The translations under genes were made by a program, and so were the position numbers. Shown here piece after piece: positions 50,159-59,657 of a stretch of DNA of 64,000 nucleotides. The stretch spans positions 32,001-96,000 of the forward strand of contig CAVPNL010000014.1 in NCBI GenBank assembly GCA_963706575.1, in the 5' to 3' direction. Position 1 is the first letter of the stretch, and each line of letters opens with the position of its first letter. Under the pieces are notes generated by a model. It was not told where the DNA came from. It searched no databases and saw only the letters and a list, made by a program, of their open reading frames with translations. The DNA is from an uncultured delta proteobacterium (lineage in GTDB: Bacteria; Desulfobacterota; Desulfobacteria; Desulfobacterales; JAHEIW01).

Positions 50159-50806
50159 ATGGAAATTATCTGTAACAACTGTCAAAGCAAATTTAGAGTG
50201 CCTGATGAAAAGATCCCTGCGAACAGAAGCGCCACCGTCGCCTGCCCCAAATGTAAAGGCAAAATTTCCCTGGGGCCCCAAAAAGGCTCGCCGAGTGGCT
50301 CCGCCAGTTTGGTAAGCGCCAATTCGAGCAATGGTTATGATGCCGCCGAGAAGCCATTTGACTTCATCGAAGAAGAAGGCCTGACCGCCCTGGTATGTGA
50401 ATCGAATCCCCTGGTGCGCAAGACGATTACCAATGCGCTGGATGTGCTCGATTACCAGATCACCGAGGCTGAAAGCACCCGGGATGCACTAAAACGCATG
50501 CGCTACCACAATTACGATCTGTTTGTTGTCAATGAAAATTTTGATACGGACAACCCGGAGGCAAATGGGATATTGCTGTATCTGGAACGCCTCGGTATGC
50601 TCGTGCGACGCAATATGTTTATCGCCCTGGTCAGCGACCGATTTCGCACCATGGATAACATGATGGCACTGAACAAAAGCGCCAATTTAATTATCAACAG
50701 CAAAAATATTGATGATATCGGCAAAATACTGAGCCGTGGAATTACGGACAATGAATATTTTTACCGAATTTATAAGGGAACGCTTAAAGACGTCGGCAAA
50801 GCCTAG
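50159..50806 (+). CDS. Zinc-ribbon (MJ0042-type) plus receiver-like domain protein
   Basis: CNNC..CPKC N-terminus; degenerate REC-like C-terminal domain. Confidence 0.75.
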   Translation: MEIICNNCQSKFRVPDEKIPANRSATVACPKCKGKISLGPQKGSPSGSASLVSANSSNGYDAAEKPFDFIEEEGLTALVCESNPLVRKTITNALDVLDYQITEAESTRDALKRMRYHNYDLFVVNENFDTDNPEANGILLYLERLGMLVRRNMFIALVSDRFRTMDNMMALNKSANLIINSKNIDDIGKILSRGITDNEYFYRIYKGTLKDVGKA

Positions 50807-50880
50807 CCAGATGTCACCAAACTTATTTAACATACTGGAAATAATTTATATTATTTGAATCGATAGTTTTTACCTCCAAC

Positions 50881-51030
50881 ATGGAATAATGGAATCGTGG
50901 AATGTTGGAATGTTGGGGGATAACCGGATGTAAGCCATTTTATTTATCACCAGCACGATTTTAATCATCAACCCAACATTACATTATTCCAGACCCCATT
51001 TTTCCATTATTCCATCTTTCCAACATTCCA
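50881..51030. repeat. Periodic palindrome, 8-mer TGGAATNN family
   Basis: tggaataa tggaatcg tggaatgt tggaatgt ... ttattcca tctttcca acattcca. Confidence 0.8.
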
Positions 51031-51055
51031 ATAGGGGTGGCACCCCAAACTTCAA

Positions 51056-51970
51056 TTGAATGCCAAGATCCAAAAAATAGCCGACGATCTTTTTTTAATT
51101 CCGCTGACACCACCCATGACCGGTTTTAGCAATTTCTTCAGCGCCTGGTTATACCATGGGAAAATCACCTGTTTAATTGATGTGGGCCCTTCGTCGACTG
51201 CACCCGATCTTTTGAGAGCGCTGCAGGAATTAAACATCGATCGGCTGGATTACATTTTGCTGACCCACCTTCATCTGGACCACGCCGGCGCCATCGGTGA
51301 AATTGCGGAGGTATTTTCACAAACTCCGATTGTGTGTCATCCGACCGGTCTTTCTCACCTGATCGAACCGTCACGGCTGTGGCAAGGAACAAAAAAAGTT
51401 CTGGGATCGATGGCTTTAGAATACGGGCCGATGAAGCCGGTTGACAAAGATCGTCTTTTGGAAGTTAGCCGGTTTCACAATGAATTCATCACCCCAATCT
51501 TCACCCCGGGGCACGCAGCCCATCATGTGAGTTTTCAGACCGACAAATACCTGTTTGTCGGTGAAGCCGGCGGAGTCCATAGGTCTCTGCCTGCAAACAA
51601 GTATTATTTGCGCCCGGCCACTCCGCCAAGGTTCTTCCTGGGCGTTGCCGTGCAAAGTTTGGATGCACTCATTGCCTGCCGGGCCAATACGATCTGCTAC
51701 GGACATTACGGCATTCATAAAAATGCTGCCGAAATATTGCAGGCACACCGCAAACAGCTTTTGCTCTGGGAAAGGCTGATTAAAGATGAGATCGATCGTC
51801 ATGCGAAGCGGACAATAGATCAAACCGCTGCATGCTTGAAACGGCTTTTAAAGGAAGATCCGCTGATGATAACTTTCGATCAACTGCCGCCCGACGTTCA
51901 GGAACGGGAAACAGATTTCCTGCAAAACAGCATCAGTGGATATATCGGATATTTGGAGTCAGTTGGTTAG
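51056..51970 (+). CDS. Metallo-beta-lactamase fold hydrolase
   Basis: THLHLDHAG, TPGHAAHH, YGHYG. Confidence 0.9.
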   Translation: MNAKIQKIADDLFLIPLTPPMTGFSNFFSAWLYHGKITCLIDVGPSSTAPDLLRALQELNIDRLDYILLTHLHLDHAGAIGEIAEVFSQTPIVCHPTGLSHLIEPSRLWQGTKKVLGSMALEYGPMKPVDKDRLLEVSRFHNEFITPIFTPGHAAHHVSFQTDKYLFVGEAGGVHRSLPANKYYLRPATPPRFFLGVAVQSLDALIACRANTICYGHYGIHKNAAEILQAHRKQLLLWERLIKDEIDRHAKRTIDQTAACLKRLLKEDPLMITFDQLPPDVQERETDFLQNSISGYIGYLESVG

Positions 51971-52010
51971 ATCCGGACTCAGAGTACAGTTTTAAATTTT
52001 AGACGGTGCA

Positions 52011-52152
52011 TTTGTTTAATTGGTTCGATTGGTTTTATTCGTTCAATTGGTTGGTTTAAACCGAACCAATTCAACTAATGAAACTAATAAAACTAATTTA
52101 ACAACACCTTTAACCTTGAACCTTTGAACCTCTAGACCGACACCTGACACCT
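52011..52152. repeat. Nested periodic palindrome (AATTGGTTY family)
   Basis: Inverted 9-mer arrays centred on GGTTTAAACC; tail ccttgaacctttgaacc. Confidence 0.8.
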
Positions 52153-52158
52153 CAAAGC

Positions 52159-52929
52159 TTACTTTGAAGCCTGATTGGCAATAACCCGCAGCCCCTCCAG
52201 CGTCAGTGCAGACTCAACCGCCTCAATTGTTTCGGAGACATCAAATAAGAGCTCGGCCAGACCACCGGTGGCAATAACTTTGGGTTCGGTTCCCATCTCC
52301 ATTTTCATGCGTCGGACAATCCCGTCGACAAGACCGGCATAGCCAAATATTATCCCTGACTTAATGCTGCTGATCGTATCTTTGCCGATGACATTTTCCG
52401 GGGGAACAAAAATTTCAACCCGCGGCAGCTTCGAAGCTTTTCGAAATAGCGCTTCTGAGGCGATCCCGATTCCGGGACTGATGGCGCCGCCGATGTATTC
52501 TCCTTTTTGTGAAATGGCGTCAAATGTCGTCGCCGTACCGAAATCGACCACAATCAGACTCGTGCGGTATTTATCAAACGCGGCGACGGCGTTAACAATG
52601 CGGTCTGCGCCGACTTCCGCCGGATTTTTCAGCAAAATGGGCATTCCGGCACAGTTTTTAGCATCAACCCATTGCGGCGGGTGTCCCAGATATTTGCGGC
52701 AGAAAGCATCCAGAATCGTGACCATGGGTGGGACCACACATGAAATAATGGTTTGGTCAACATCATTCAGGTAGATGTTATCAGCAGAAAAGAGACTGTT
52801 CATTAAAACATTAAACTCATCTTCAGTTGTGTTTCGTTCGGTATGAATCCGCCAATCATTGCGCAACTGGCTGTTTTCATAAACGCCTAAAACCGTATGG
52901 GTATTACCGACATCGATTACCAGAAGCAT
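52159..52929 (-). CDS. coaX: Type III pantothenate kinase
   Basis: IDVGNT, GADR, DFGTATT, GGAISPG, ATGG. Confidence 0.95.
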   Translation of the reverse strand: MLLVIDVGNTHTVLGVYENSQLRNDWRIHTERNTTEDEFNVLMNSLFSADNIYLNDVDQTIISCVVPPMVTILDAFCRKYLGHPPQWVDAKNCAGMPILLKNPAEVGADRIVNAVAAFDKYRTSLIVVDFGTATTFDAISQKGEYIGGAISPGIGIASEALFRKASKLPRVEIFVPPENVIGKDTISSIKSGIIFGYAGLVDGIVRRMKMEMGTEPKVIATGGLAELLFDVSETIEAVESALTLEGLRVIANQASK

Positions 52930-52962
52930 CGTCATTCCCTTTCGTTCATTGTCCAAGCGTCA

Positions 52963-53115
52963 AAGTTTCGGAGTTCAGTCTAAGGTTTCAAGCGTAACAA
53001 CTGTTTAATTGGTTCGATTGGTTGAATTGGTTTAATTTGTTGGTCTAAATCGAACCAATTAAACTAATAAAACAAATATAACAAGTCCCTATACCTTGAA
53101 CCTCTGAACCCTGAA
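52963..53115. repeat. Nested periodic palindrome (AATTGGTTY family)
   Basis: gtttaattggttcgattggttgaattggtttaa ... aaccaattaaactaataaaac ... ccttgaacctctgaaccctgaa. Confidence 0.8.
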
Positions 53116-53138
53116 TCGTCTTTTCTTGAACCTATTTT

Positions 53139-54080
53139 TTACTGTTTCTCACCGAGAATCTTCACCGTAAACAATTCCGGCTCGACATTGACCAGTGTGG
53201 TTTTCACCGGCAATGAGATCGCCGCTCGCCGGACATAAACACCGGGTCTAAGGTTTTTAAGTTCAACAAACACACGTATGTCTTTTTGGGGTTGAAGATT
53301 GTTGATGATGTTGAGCGGCCCTTTGATTTCAAGTGTGAGTGTGCCGGGTGAAATGTTGAATTCATGGAGCGTATTTTTACCCTGAACCAAAATTCCCGCA
53401 AATCTTTTGGTGGCAACTTTTGCAGCAAAATAGATTTCCGCCAGCACAATATTCGATGAAGAACAGATTTCAACACCTTCCATCAGATCAATGGCGATTT
53501 CTTTTTTAAATGATTCTGAGCGAGCGGTGATATCAATCGGTTTTGTGAAAATTTTATCAACTAAACCGACGGCTGTCTCAGGGCCACATATTAAAATCGT
53601 TGACGGTTTGGCCAGCATGTCACTAATAGAATAACTACCGTCCGGCTCGCCGTAAACAGCGATTTTAACCGGCACCTGCTTTTTCAGCAAACGGTCAACT
53701 TTTACGGTTAAATAAGCCGGATTGACTTGCGTAATTTGGGTCCCGGCGGGCATCGGAATCAAGTCAGGATTGATCGCTATAGACTCGCTTCCGACGGCAA
53801 CACCGGATAGATCCAATTTGTATCTGGGTACATTCCGTTTGAGATCATCTAACACTGCCAGCGGCCCCTTTACGCGGAGCTCAATTTCTTTAGGCGCCGA
53901 ACCGACCAATATTAATCCGTGCGGGAGCTTATAGAGATCAACGGGAATGAGGATTTCAATTTCATTCACGCTAGAAGGTTGGACCGGTTTAAGGGAACAC
54001 AACAGCAGCAGCAGTAAAATCCCCAATACCCTCAAAGGATAAAAACACGCGCGCTGGCGATAGTACCGGTGGCTTATCAT
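53139..54080 (-). CDS. cdaR: CdaR/YbbR domain protein
   Basis: N-terminal TM followed by three YbbR-like beta repeats (IELRVKGP, ILICGP, LEIKGP); lies downstream of folP. Confidence 0.8.
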   Translation of the reverse strand: MISHRYYRQRACFYPLRVLGILLLLLLCSLKPVQPSSVNEIEILIPVDLYKLPHGLILVGSAPKEIELRVKGPLAVLDDLKRNVPRYKLDLSGVAVGSESIAINPDLIPMPAGTQITQVNPAYLTVKVDRLLKKQVPVKIAVYGEPDGSYSISDMLAKPSTILICGPETAVGLVDKIFTKPIDITARSESFKKEIAIDLMEGVEICSSSNIVLAEIYFAAKVATKRFAGILVQGKNTLHEFNISPGTLTLEIKGPLNIINNLQPQKDIRVFVELKNLRPGVYVRRAAISLPVKTTLVNVEPELFTVKILGEKQ

Positions 54081-54126
54081 GAAGTTGCGCCCTCGCGTCG
54101 GCGAAGTCCATTTTTAAGGCCGCCGC

Positions 54127-54272
54127 TAGAAGTGGTTTCAAAACCACAGATCAGGTTCAAAGGCAAGGCGCAGGCCGATCGGGAAAGCGCAGCATACATG
54201 GGTATGTGAGCATTTACCGGAGGCCTGCAACGCAGCCATTGAGCCTCAGATGGGGTTTTGAAACCGCTTCTA
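54127..54272. mobile_element. ERIC-like MITE (146 bp)
   Basis: TIR TAGAAGTGGTTTCAAAACC / GGTTTTGAAACCGCTTCTA; near-identical to the 34900 copy. Confidence 0.9.
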
Positions 54273-55157
54273 ATCATCTTGGGCAAACCTGATGGCATCC
54301 AGAATCCGAATGGTTGCCCGCGTGTTGGCCGCATCATGCACCCGCACGATATGAGCGCCACATAGAACGGCCGCGGCAACAGCTGCCTGGGAGCCGGTTT
54401 CCACAATCGGCAGATCCGGAGCGATATCATCGTTATGCTCGTCTTTTAGCAATTTCCGAATAAATGCCTTACGCGAAGGGCCGATGAGAATGGGAACCCC
54501 CAAAGCGGCAAAGGCATACAGGTGCCGGATGAGGAAAAGGTTATGCGATACCGTCTTGCCGAAACCGATTCCCGGATCGACGATAAGCTTTGATTTTGAG
54601 ATGCCCTGTTTTTGAGCCCGCTCAATGGCATCCTTTAAGAAATCCGTTATATCGGCGATAAGGTTATCATAGGCCGGTGATTCCTGCATCGTTTTAGGAC
54701 TTCCCAGCATATGCATGAGCACCACCGGTGTACCGAATTCCCCGGCCACTTCCCCCATGGCCGGATCAAAACGCAGAGCCGAAACGTCATTGATCATAGA
54801 GGCTCCGGCTTCAATCGCCCGCCGGGCAACTTCAGCCTTCATGGTATCAATGGAAATTGGAATGGTCAGCTGATCGGCAAGTTTTTCGATGACCGGAATA
54901 ACCCGCTCAATTTCTTCTTCGGCGGACACCGGATCGGAAAACGGCCGGGTTGATTCTCCACCGATGTCAAGGATATCGGCCCCGTCAGCCGCCAGCTTTT
55001 GCCCCTGGGCCACCGCCGCGTCATGCGCCAAAAATTTTCCGCCGTCGGAAAACGAATCCGGTGTGACGTTGACGACGCCCATAATACACGTCCGGCGCCC
55101 CAACTCCATGTCATAACCGGACCATGATAGTCGATAGGTTTTGGGAGAATCCAGCAT
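54270..55157 (-). CDS. folP: Dihydropteroate synthase
   Basis: NVTPDSFSDGG, GGESTRP, DPGIGFGK, SRKAF, RVHD. Confidence 0.97.
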   Translation of the reverse strand: MLDSPKTYRLSWSGYDMELGRRTCIMGVVNVTPDSFSDGGKFLAHDAAVAQGQKLAADGADILDIGGESTRPFSDPVSAEEEIERVIPVIEKLADQLTIPISIDTMKAEVARRAIEAGASMINDVSALRFDPAMGEVAGEFGTPVVLMHMLGSPKTMQESPAYDNLIADITDFLKDAIERAQKQGISKSKLIVDPGIGFGKTVSHNLFLIRHLYAFAALGVPILIGPSRKAFIRKLLKDEHNDDIAPDLPIVETGSQAAVAAAVLCGAHIVRVHDAANTRATIRILDAIRFAQDD

Positions 55158-55158
55158 A

Positions 55159-57027
55159 TCAGGATTGACCGGCAGCCGTTTCTTTTGATTCCGCTGGGGT
55201 CAATAAATCTTCCGGGGTTTTTGAAGGCAGTTTGATACCGGGTCTCAAGGAATGAATCAACTCATCGAGTTCTTTACCCATGACGGTTTCTTTTTCGAGC
55301 AGGCTTTCCGCCAGTTTATGAAGAATATCCAAATTTTCCTTTAAAACCGCTTGAGCACGCCCGTATGAATTTTTAATCAGCTTGTTGATCTCTTCATCAA
55401 TTTTTTGAGCCGTCGCTTCAGAGTAGTCCCGATGCTGGGCGATTTCACGCCCCAGAAATACCTGTTCTTCACCCTTGGCATAAGACAAGGGGCCGAGGTC
55501 ATCGCTCATGCCCCAGCTCCTGATCATCCGATTGGCAAGATCGGTCGCTTGCTTGATATCATTGGCGGCACCGGTACTGATTCGCTTCAAAACAATCTCT
55601 TCCGCCACCCGGCCGCCGAATGCAACCGCCAGCTCGCTTTCAAGCTGATCTTTAAATTTGAAATCCCGTTCCTCAGGCAAAAACCAGGTAATGCCGGCCG
55701 CACGCCCCCGGGGCACAATCGTAATTTTATTGACGACATCGGTTTCAGGCAGAAAGCGCGCCACCAGTGCATGCCCGCCCTCATGGTAAGCGGTGACCTT
55801 GCGGTCTTCTTCTTTGATGACTTTGGATTTACGCTCAAGCCCCATATAGACTTTATCTTTGGCATCTTCAAAATCGGCCATACCAATTTTTTCTTTATCG
55901 CGTTTGGCCGCCAGCAGAGCCGCCTCATTGACCAGGTTTTCAAGATCGGCACCGGAAAAACCGGGCGTTCCTTTTGCCAGGATAACCGTATTCACATCCG
56001 GGTCGATCGGTGTTTTCTTCATGTGCACGCGCAGTATTTTTTCCCGGCCCCGAATATCGGGCATTGAGACAACCACCTGTCGGTCAAAACGGCCGGGACG
56101 CAGCAAAGCCGGATCCAGAACATCGGGCCGGTTGGTGGCTGAAATCAAAATAACGCCCTCATTGGATTCAAATCCGTCCATTTCAACCAGGAGCTGATTC
56201 AGGGTCTGTTCTCTTTCGTCGTGTCCACCACCGAGTCCGGCGCCGCGGTGGCGGCCGACCGCATCAATTTCATCGATAAAAATGATACAGGGCGCATTCT
56301 TTTTGCCCTGGACAAACAGATCCCTAACGCGGGATGCACCCACCCCGACGAACATCTCGACAAAATCCGAACCGCTGATGCTGAAAAAAGGCACGCCGGC
56401 TTCCCCCGCGATAGCCCGCGCCAGAAGGGTTTTGCCGCAGCCCGGGGGCCCCACCAGCAATACCCCTTTGGGGATTCGGCCCCCCAGACGCGTAAACTTC
56501 TTCGGATCTCTGAGAAACTCAACAATTTCAATCAATTCTTCCTTGGCTTCATCGATGCCGGCAACATCTTCAAAGGTCACCCGTTCAGATTGATCCGACA
56601 TCAAACGGGCGCGACTTTTGCCAAAAGACAGGGCTTTTCCCCCACCCGCCTGCATCTGGCGCATGAAAAAAATCCAGACGCCGATAAGCACAATCATCGG
56701 AAACCAGGAAACCAGAACCGACATGTACCACGGATTTTCAGACGGGGGCTTGGCGCTGATCACAACCCTTTTGTCTCTGAGGGTTTTAATTAGATCGGTA
56801 TCCTGGGGGGCATATACCTTGAAACGATTGCGGTTGGTATCGGTTACAAAGAGCTCTTGTCCCTGGATAATCACATCCGATACCCGCTCATCATTCACCA
56901 TTGCCAGAAAATCGGTGTAACTGATATTCGTTTCAGCAAGATGCTGTTTACTAAAAAGATTATAAAGCATGACCATCATCAAGGTGATGACCAGCCATAG
57001 GGCTAAATTTTTATAAAACGGATTCAA
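55159..57027 (-). CDS. ftsH: ATP-dependent zinc metalloprotease FtsH
   Basis: Two TM helices, [11 protein letters not shown] motif, HEGGH; TTG start after AGGAGG. Confidence 0.98.
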   Translation of the reverse strand: MNPFYKNLALWLVITLMMVMLYNLFSKQHLAETNISYTDFLAMVNDERVSDVIIQGQELFVTDTNRNRFKVYAPQDTDLIKTLRDKRVVISAKPPSENPWYMSVLVSWFPMIVLIGVWIFFMRQMQAGGGKALSFGKSRARLMSDQSERVTFEDVAGIDEAKEELIEIVEFLRDPKKFTRLGGRIPKGVLLVGPPGCGKTLLARAIAGEAGVPFFSISGSDFVEMFVGVGASRVRDLFVQGKKNAPCIIFIDEIDAVGRHRGAGLGGGHDEREQTLNQLLVEMDGFESNEGVILISATNRPDVLDPALLRPGRFDRQVVVSMPDIRGREKILRVHMKKTPIDPDVNTVILAKGTPGFSGADLENLVNEAALLAAKRDKEKIGMADFEDAKDKVYMGLERKSKVIKEEDRKVTAYHEGGHALVARFLPETDVVNKITIVPRGRAAGITWFLPEERDFKFKDQLESELAVAFGGRVAEEIVLKRISTGAANDIKQATDLANRMIRSWGMSDDLGPLSYAKGEEQVFLGREIAQHRDYSEATAQKIDEEINKLIKNSYGRAQAVLKENLDILHKLAESLLEKETVMGKELDELIHSLRPGIKLPSKTPEDLLTPAESKETAAGQS

Positions 57028-57100
57028 AGAAAAATACCTCCTAAGTTATTCCCGATGTCACGGACGCTGGTAGCAGCTATCTCATAAATGCATTAAATAT

Positions 57101-57200
57101 AAGTGCGCTAAAGTGAGAAGTGATCTAGAGTGACTAAAGTTAAGGAATTCTATCATTTAACTTTAGGCACTTTAGGCACTTTAGCTCATTTTAGTCACTT
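57101..57200. repeat. Periodic palindrome, 9/10-mer AAGTGNCTA family, copy 3 (short core, reverse orientation)
   Basis: agtgactaaagttaaggaattctatc ... ctttaggca ctttaggca ctttagctca ttttagtca. Confidence 0.85.
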
Positions 57201-57312
57201 TTTTTTATCAGTATCCTGTATCTGAAGCGAAATATCAAGTATCAAATACGGAACAGGGCTGCAAACGACCTGACTCACAAAGACTACACGTGAATCTAAT
57301 CATTATCGCGCT

Positions 57313-58764
57313 TTAGGCAAGCAAAAGCTCAGCCTTAAGCAGCCTGCGTGTTCGCGGGCCGATTTTTACCGCGTTATCCAGCCGGTGTCCCACAAGCCAG
57401 ATAATTTCATTGCGGCTCAGCAGAATCGGACATTTCCTCCGTTCGGTTCTGGATACTTTATGATCGATAAAAAATTTCTTTAGTTTCTGCCGGCCGGTCA
57501 TCCCCAATGGCGAGAATCGATCTCCGGGGCGAAAATTCCGGATAACCAGCGGAAAACGGATCTTATCCATATCAAAATATGCGATGTGGCTTTCCTGTCC
57601 GGATGGGTGCCATTCCGGTGTGTGCTCCAGAGGGATTTGACTGAAGCGAATCTTCAGGGCAGCCTCTTTAATAAAGATTTCACCGGGTTTGGCAAGCCGG
57701 TACTCGTAATCGGGTGTTGCGGATAAGAGCGGGTCACCGGCGAGATGCCTGAGATTTTGCGCTTCTCCGGACATAATGAGAACATTATTTTGCCTGGATA
57801 TGCGAATACGGTCGGGAAGATCCAGGGCGCCTGAATCCGGCCCTTTTTGAGCCAATTTCACTGCGGCTTCAACGTGGGCAAAGGCCAGCCGCCGCAAATT
57901 GCCCTTGATTTTTAAAACGCCCATACGGATCAGGCGTCTTCTGACGGCGATCGTCTGCTGATTCAGTTCTGAAATGTCGAACCCGATCCGGCCCTGTTTT
58001 TCAAAGACTATCACCTTTTCAAAAATCGGCCGGATCAGATTTTCAATCCATTTCTCTTCAGCGTCCAGGATAGAAGCCAACCGATTGAGCGAATCAATGA
58101 GTTTCGGATTATATTCCGCCTTCAGTTCCGGAATCAGCCGGTTACGAACCTTGTTGCGCAGGTACTGTGAATCTCTGTTTGATGAATCCACAACACAGTC
58201 CAGGCTTTTCACAGCAATATAATCCATAATCTCAGAGCGCTTAATATCGATCAGAGGCCTTACAATCTTATCATCGCGTACCGGCGGTATCCCGCACAGG
58301 CCCAATGGTCCGCTTCCGCGCAACAGATACATCAAAATCAGTTCGGCGTTGTCATCCGAATGATGTCCGAGCGCAATTTTCTCATATCCGAATTTGGAGG
58401 CAATGGCATCATAGAAACGGTAGCGCACCTTTCTGGCAGCTTCTTCGAGGGAGAGGTGGTGTTTATTTTGATGGCGGCGCACGTCTTGCCTTTCGACATG
58501 TACGGGCAAATCCAGCTTTTCGGCAAGAGAAACCACAAAGGCTTCATCGCGTGCGGATTCATCTTGGCGCAGACAATGATTCAGATGGGCAATAGCAACC
58601 TGAAAGGAAAACTTTGGCGCCAACGCCAGCAGGATATGAACCAGCGCTACTGAATCGGGGCCACCGGATACGCCAACCAGAACGGTGTCTCCGGCTTGAA
58701 CCATGCGATGGGTGCCAATGGTATGTTCGACCGTTCGGAGTATCTTTTTTTCAATATTTGGCAT
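57313..58764 (-). CDS. tilS: tRNA(Ile)-lysidine synthetase
   Basis: SGGPDS PP-loop, AHLNH, ARKVRY, GHHSDD, RPL; start trimmed to ATG 58764. Confidence 0.95.
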   Translation of the reverse strand: MPNIEKKILRTVEHTIGTHRMVQAGDTVLVGVSGGPDSVALVHILLALAPKFSFQVAIAHLNHCLRQDESARDEAFVVSLAEKLDLPVHVERQDVRRHQNKHHLSLEEAARKVRYRFYDAIASKFGYEKIALGHHSDDNAELILMYLLRGSGPLGLCGIPPVRDDKIVRPLIDIKRSEIMDYIAVKSLDCVVDSSNRDSQYLRNKVRNRLIPELKAEYNPKLIDSLNRLASILDAEEKWIENLIRPIFEKVIVFEKQGRIGFDISELNQQTIAVRRRLIRMGVLKIKGNLRRLAFAHVEAAVKLAQKGPDSGALDLPDRIRISRQNNVLIMSGEAQNLRHLAGDPLLSATPDYEYRLAKPGEIFIKEAALKIRFSQIPLEHTPEWHPSGQESHIAYFDMDKIRFPLVIRNFRPGDRFSPLGMTGRQKLKKFFIDHKVSRTERRKCPILLSRNEIIWLVGHRLDNAVKIGPRTRRLLKAELLLA

Positions 58765-58850
58765 AACTAACTGGAAACTCGCGATATCTGGCTGCTTATC
58801 TAAGGCAGCGCCCACAAAAAGTCAATACCAAACGCGGCAAGCCGCCTTTA

Positions 58851-59002
58851 GGGTTCAAAGGTTCAAGGTTCGGAGGTTCAAAGAAAAGTGACTTGTTCCA
58901 TTGGTTAGATTAGTTCAATTGGTTCGGTTTAGACCAACCAATTGAACCAATGAAACAAATAAAACTAATCCAACACTTTCTTTAACCCTGAACCTTTGAA
59001 CC
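58851..59002. repeat. Nested periodic palindrome (GGTTCAA outer, ATTGGTT inner)
   Basis: gggttcaaaggttcaaggttcggaggttcaa ... ccctgaacctttgaacc. Confidence 0.8.
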
Positions 59003-59016
59003 GCTAAATTTTTCTA

Positions 59017-59044
59017 TTGAAAAATTCAGCACATAAAGTATGCT
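59017..59044 (+). promoter_or_regulatory. Putative sigma70 promoter of the SRP RNA
   Basis: TTGAAA-16 bp-TATGCT ending 7 nt before the RNA 5' end. Confidence 0.6.
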
Positions 59045-59050
59045 AGCCTC

Positions 59051-59303
59051 GGTTGTGCTAGGCGGGGAGCTAGCGGTGCCCTATTCCCGAAATCCGCTTA
59101 TGCGGGGCTGAATTCCCTCTTAAGGGTCTTATACGTGGCACGCCGCAGCGCATTTTGATCGGGCGCCACGCAACAGACGGTCACGAACCTCGTCAGGTCC
59201 GGAAGGAAGCAGCGATAAGTGATGCAGTCCGTGTCGTGGGCAGATCCCGGTCATGTCGATGCATTACGGCCGCCACACCGGATTCGATAGAGGGTGCACA
59301 ACC
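59051..59303 (+). ncRNA. ffs: Signal recognition particle RNA, large (Alu-domain) bacterial type
   Basis: Helix 8 motif TCAGGTCCGGAAGGAAGCAGC; 5' GTGCTAGGCGGGGAGCTAGCGGTGCCCT resembles the Bacillus scRNA Alu domain; ends pair (GGTTGTGC/GCACAACC); followed by a T-run. Confidence 0.92.
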
Positions 59304-59657
59304 ATCTTTTTTCCTTCAAAACAAGCCGTCTCAGATTCTATCAAAATGGGTTTCCAGAAATTTCAAACTTAGATAACCTATTGAAAAAAATTAAGATACC
59401 GTTATTTCTAAAAACCATCCCCGTTTAAGCCCATATCCCGGCGGCAACCAATCGATCAAAAAGAATGGCAATCGATTCACCACAACCCATGTTAAAACCA
59501 ATATTCAATACTGAAAAGGTAGGAAAAAAGACGATAAACCCTTGCATTTTTAAGTATAAAACCTTGTTGATACCTGCTTGACATCGATTCAAAGTGTCTT
59601 ACTTTTCAGATCATTAATATTGCATGCCTTTGGCAATTCAGGAGAAAAAATCGGCGT

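Noticed and set aside
5026..54430. Recurring small ORFs with SKPQIR..KAQADRES / GLRLALEPDL peptides (5026, 5182, 8857, 34905, 34911, 54077)
   Set aside because: They are chance translations of the ERIC-like element in different frames and strands, with inconsistent starts and lengths.
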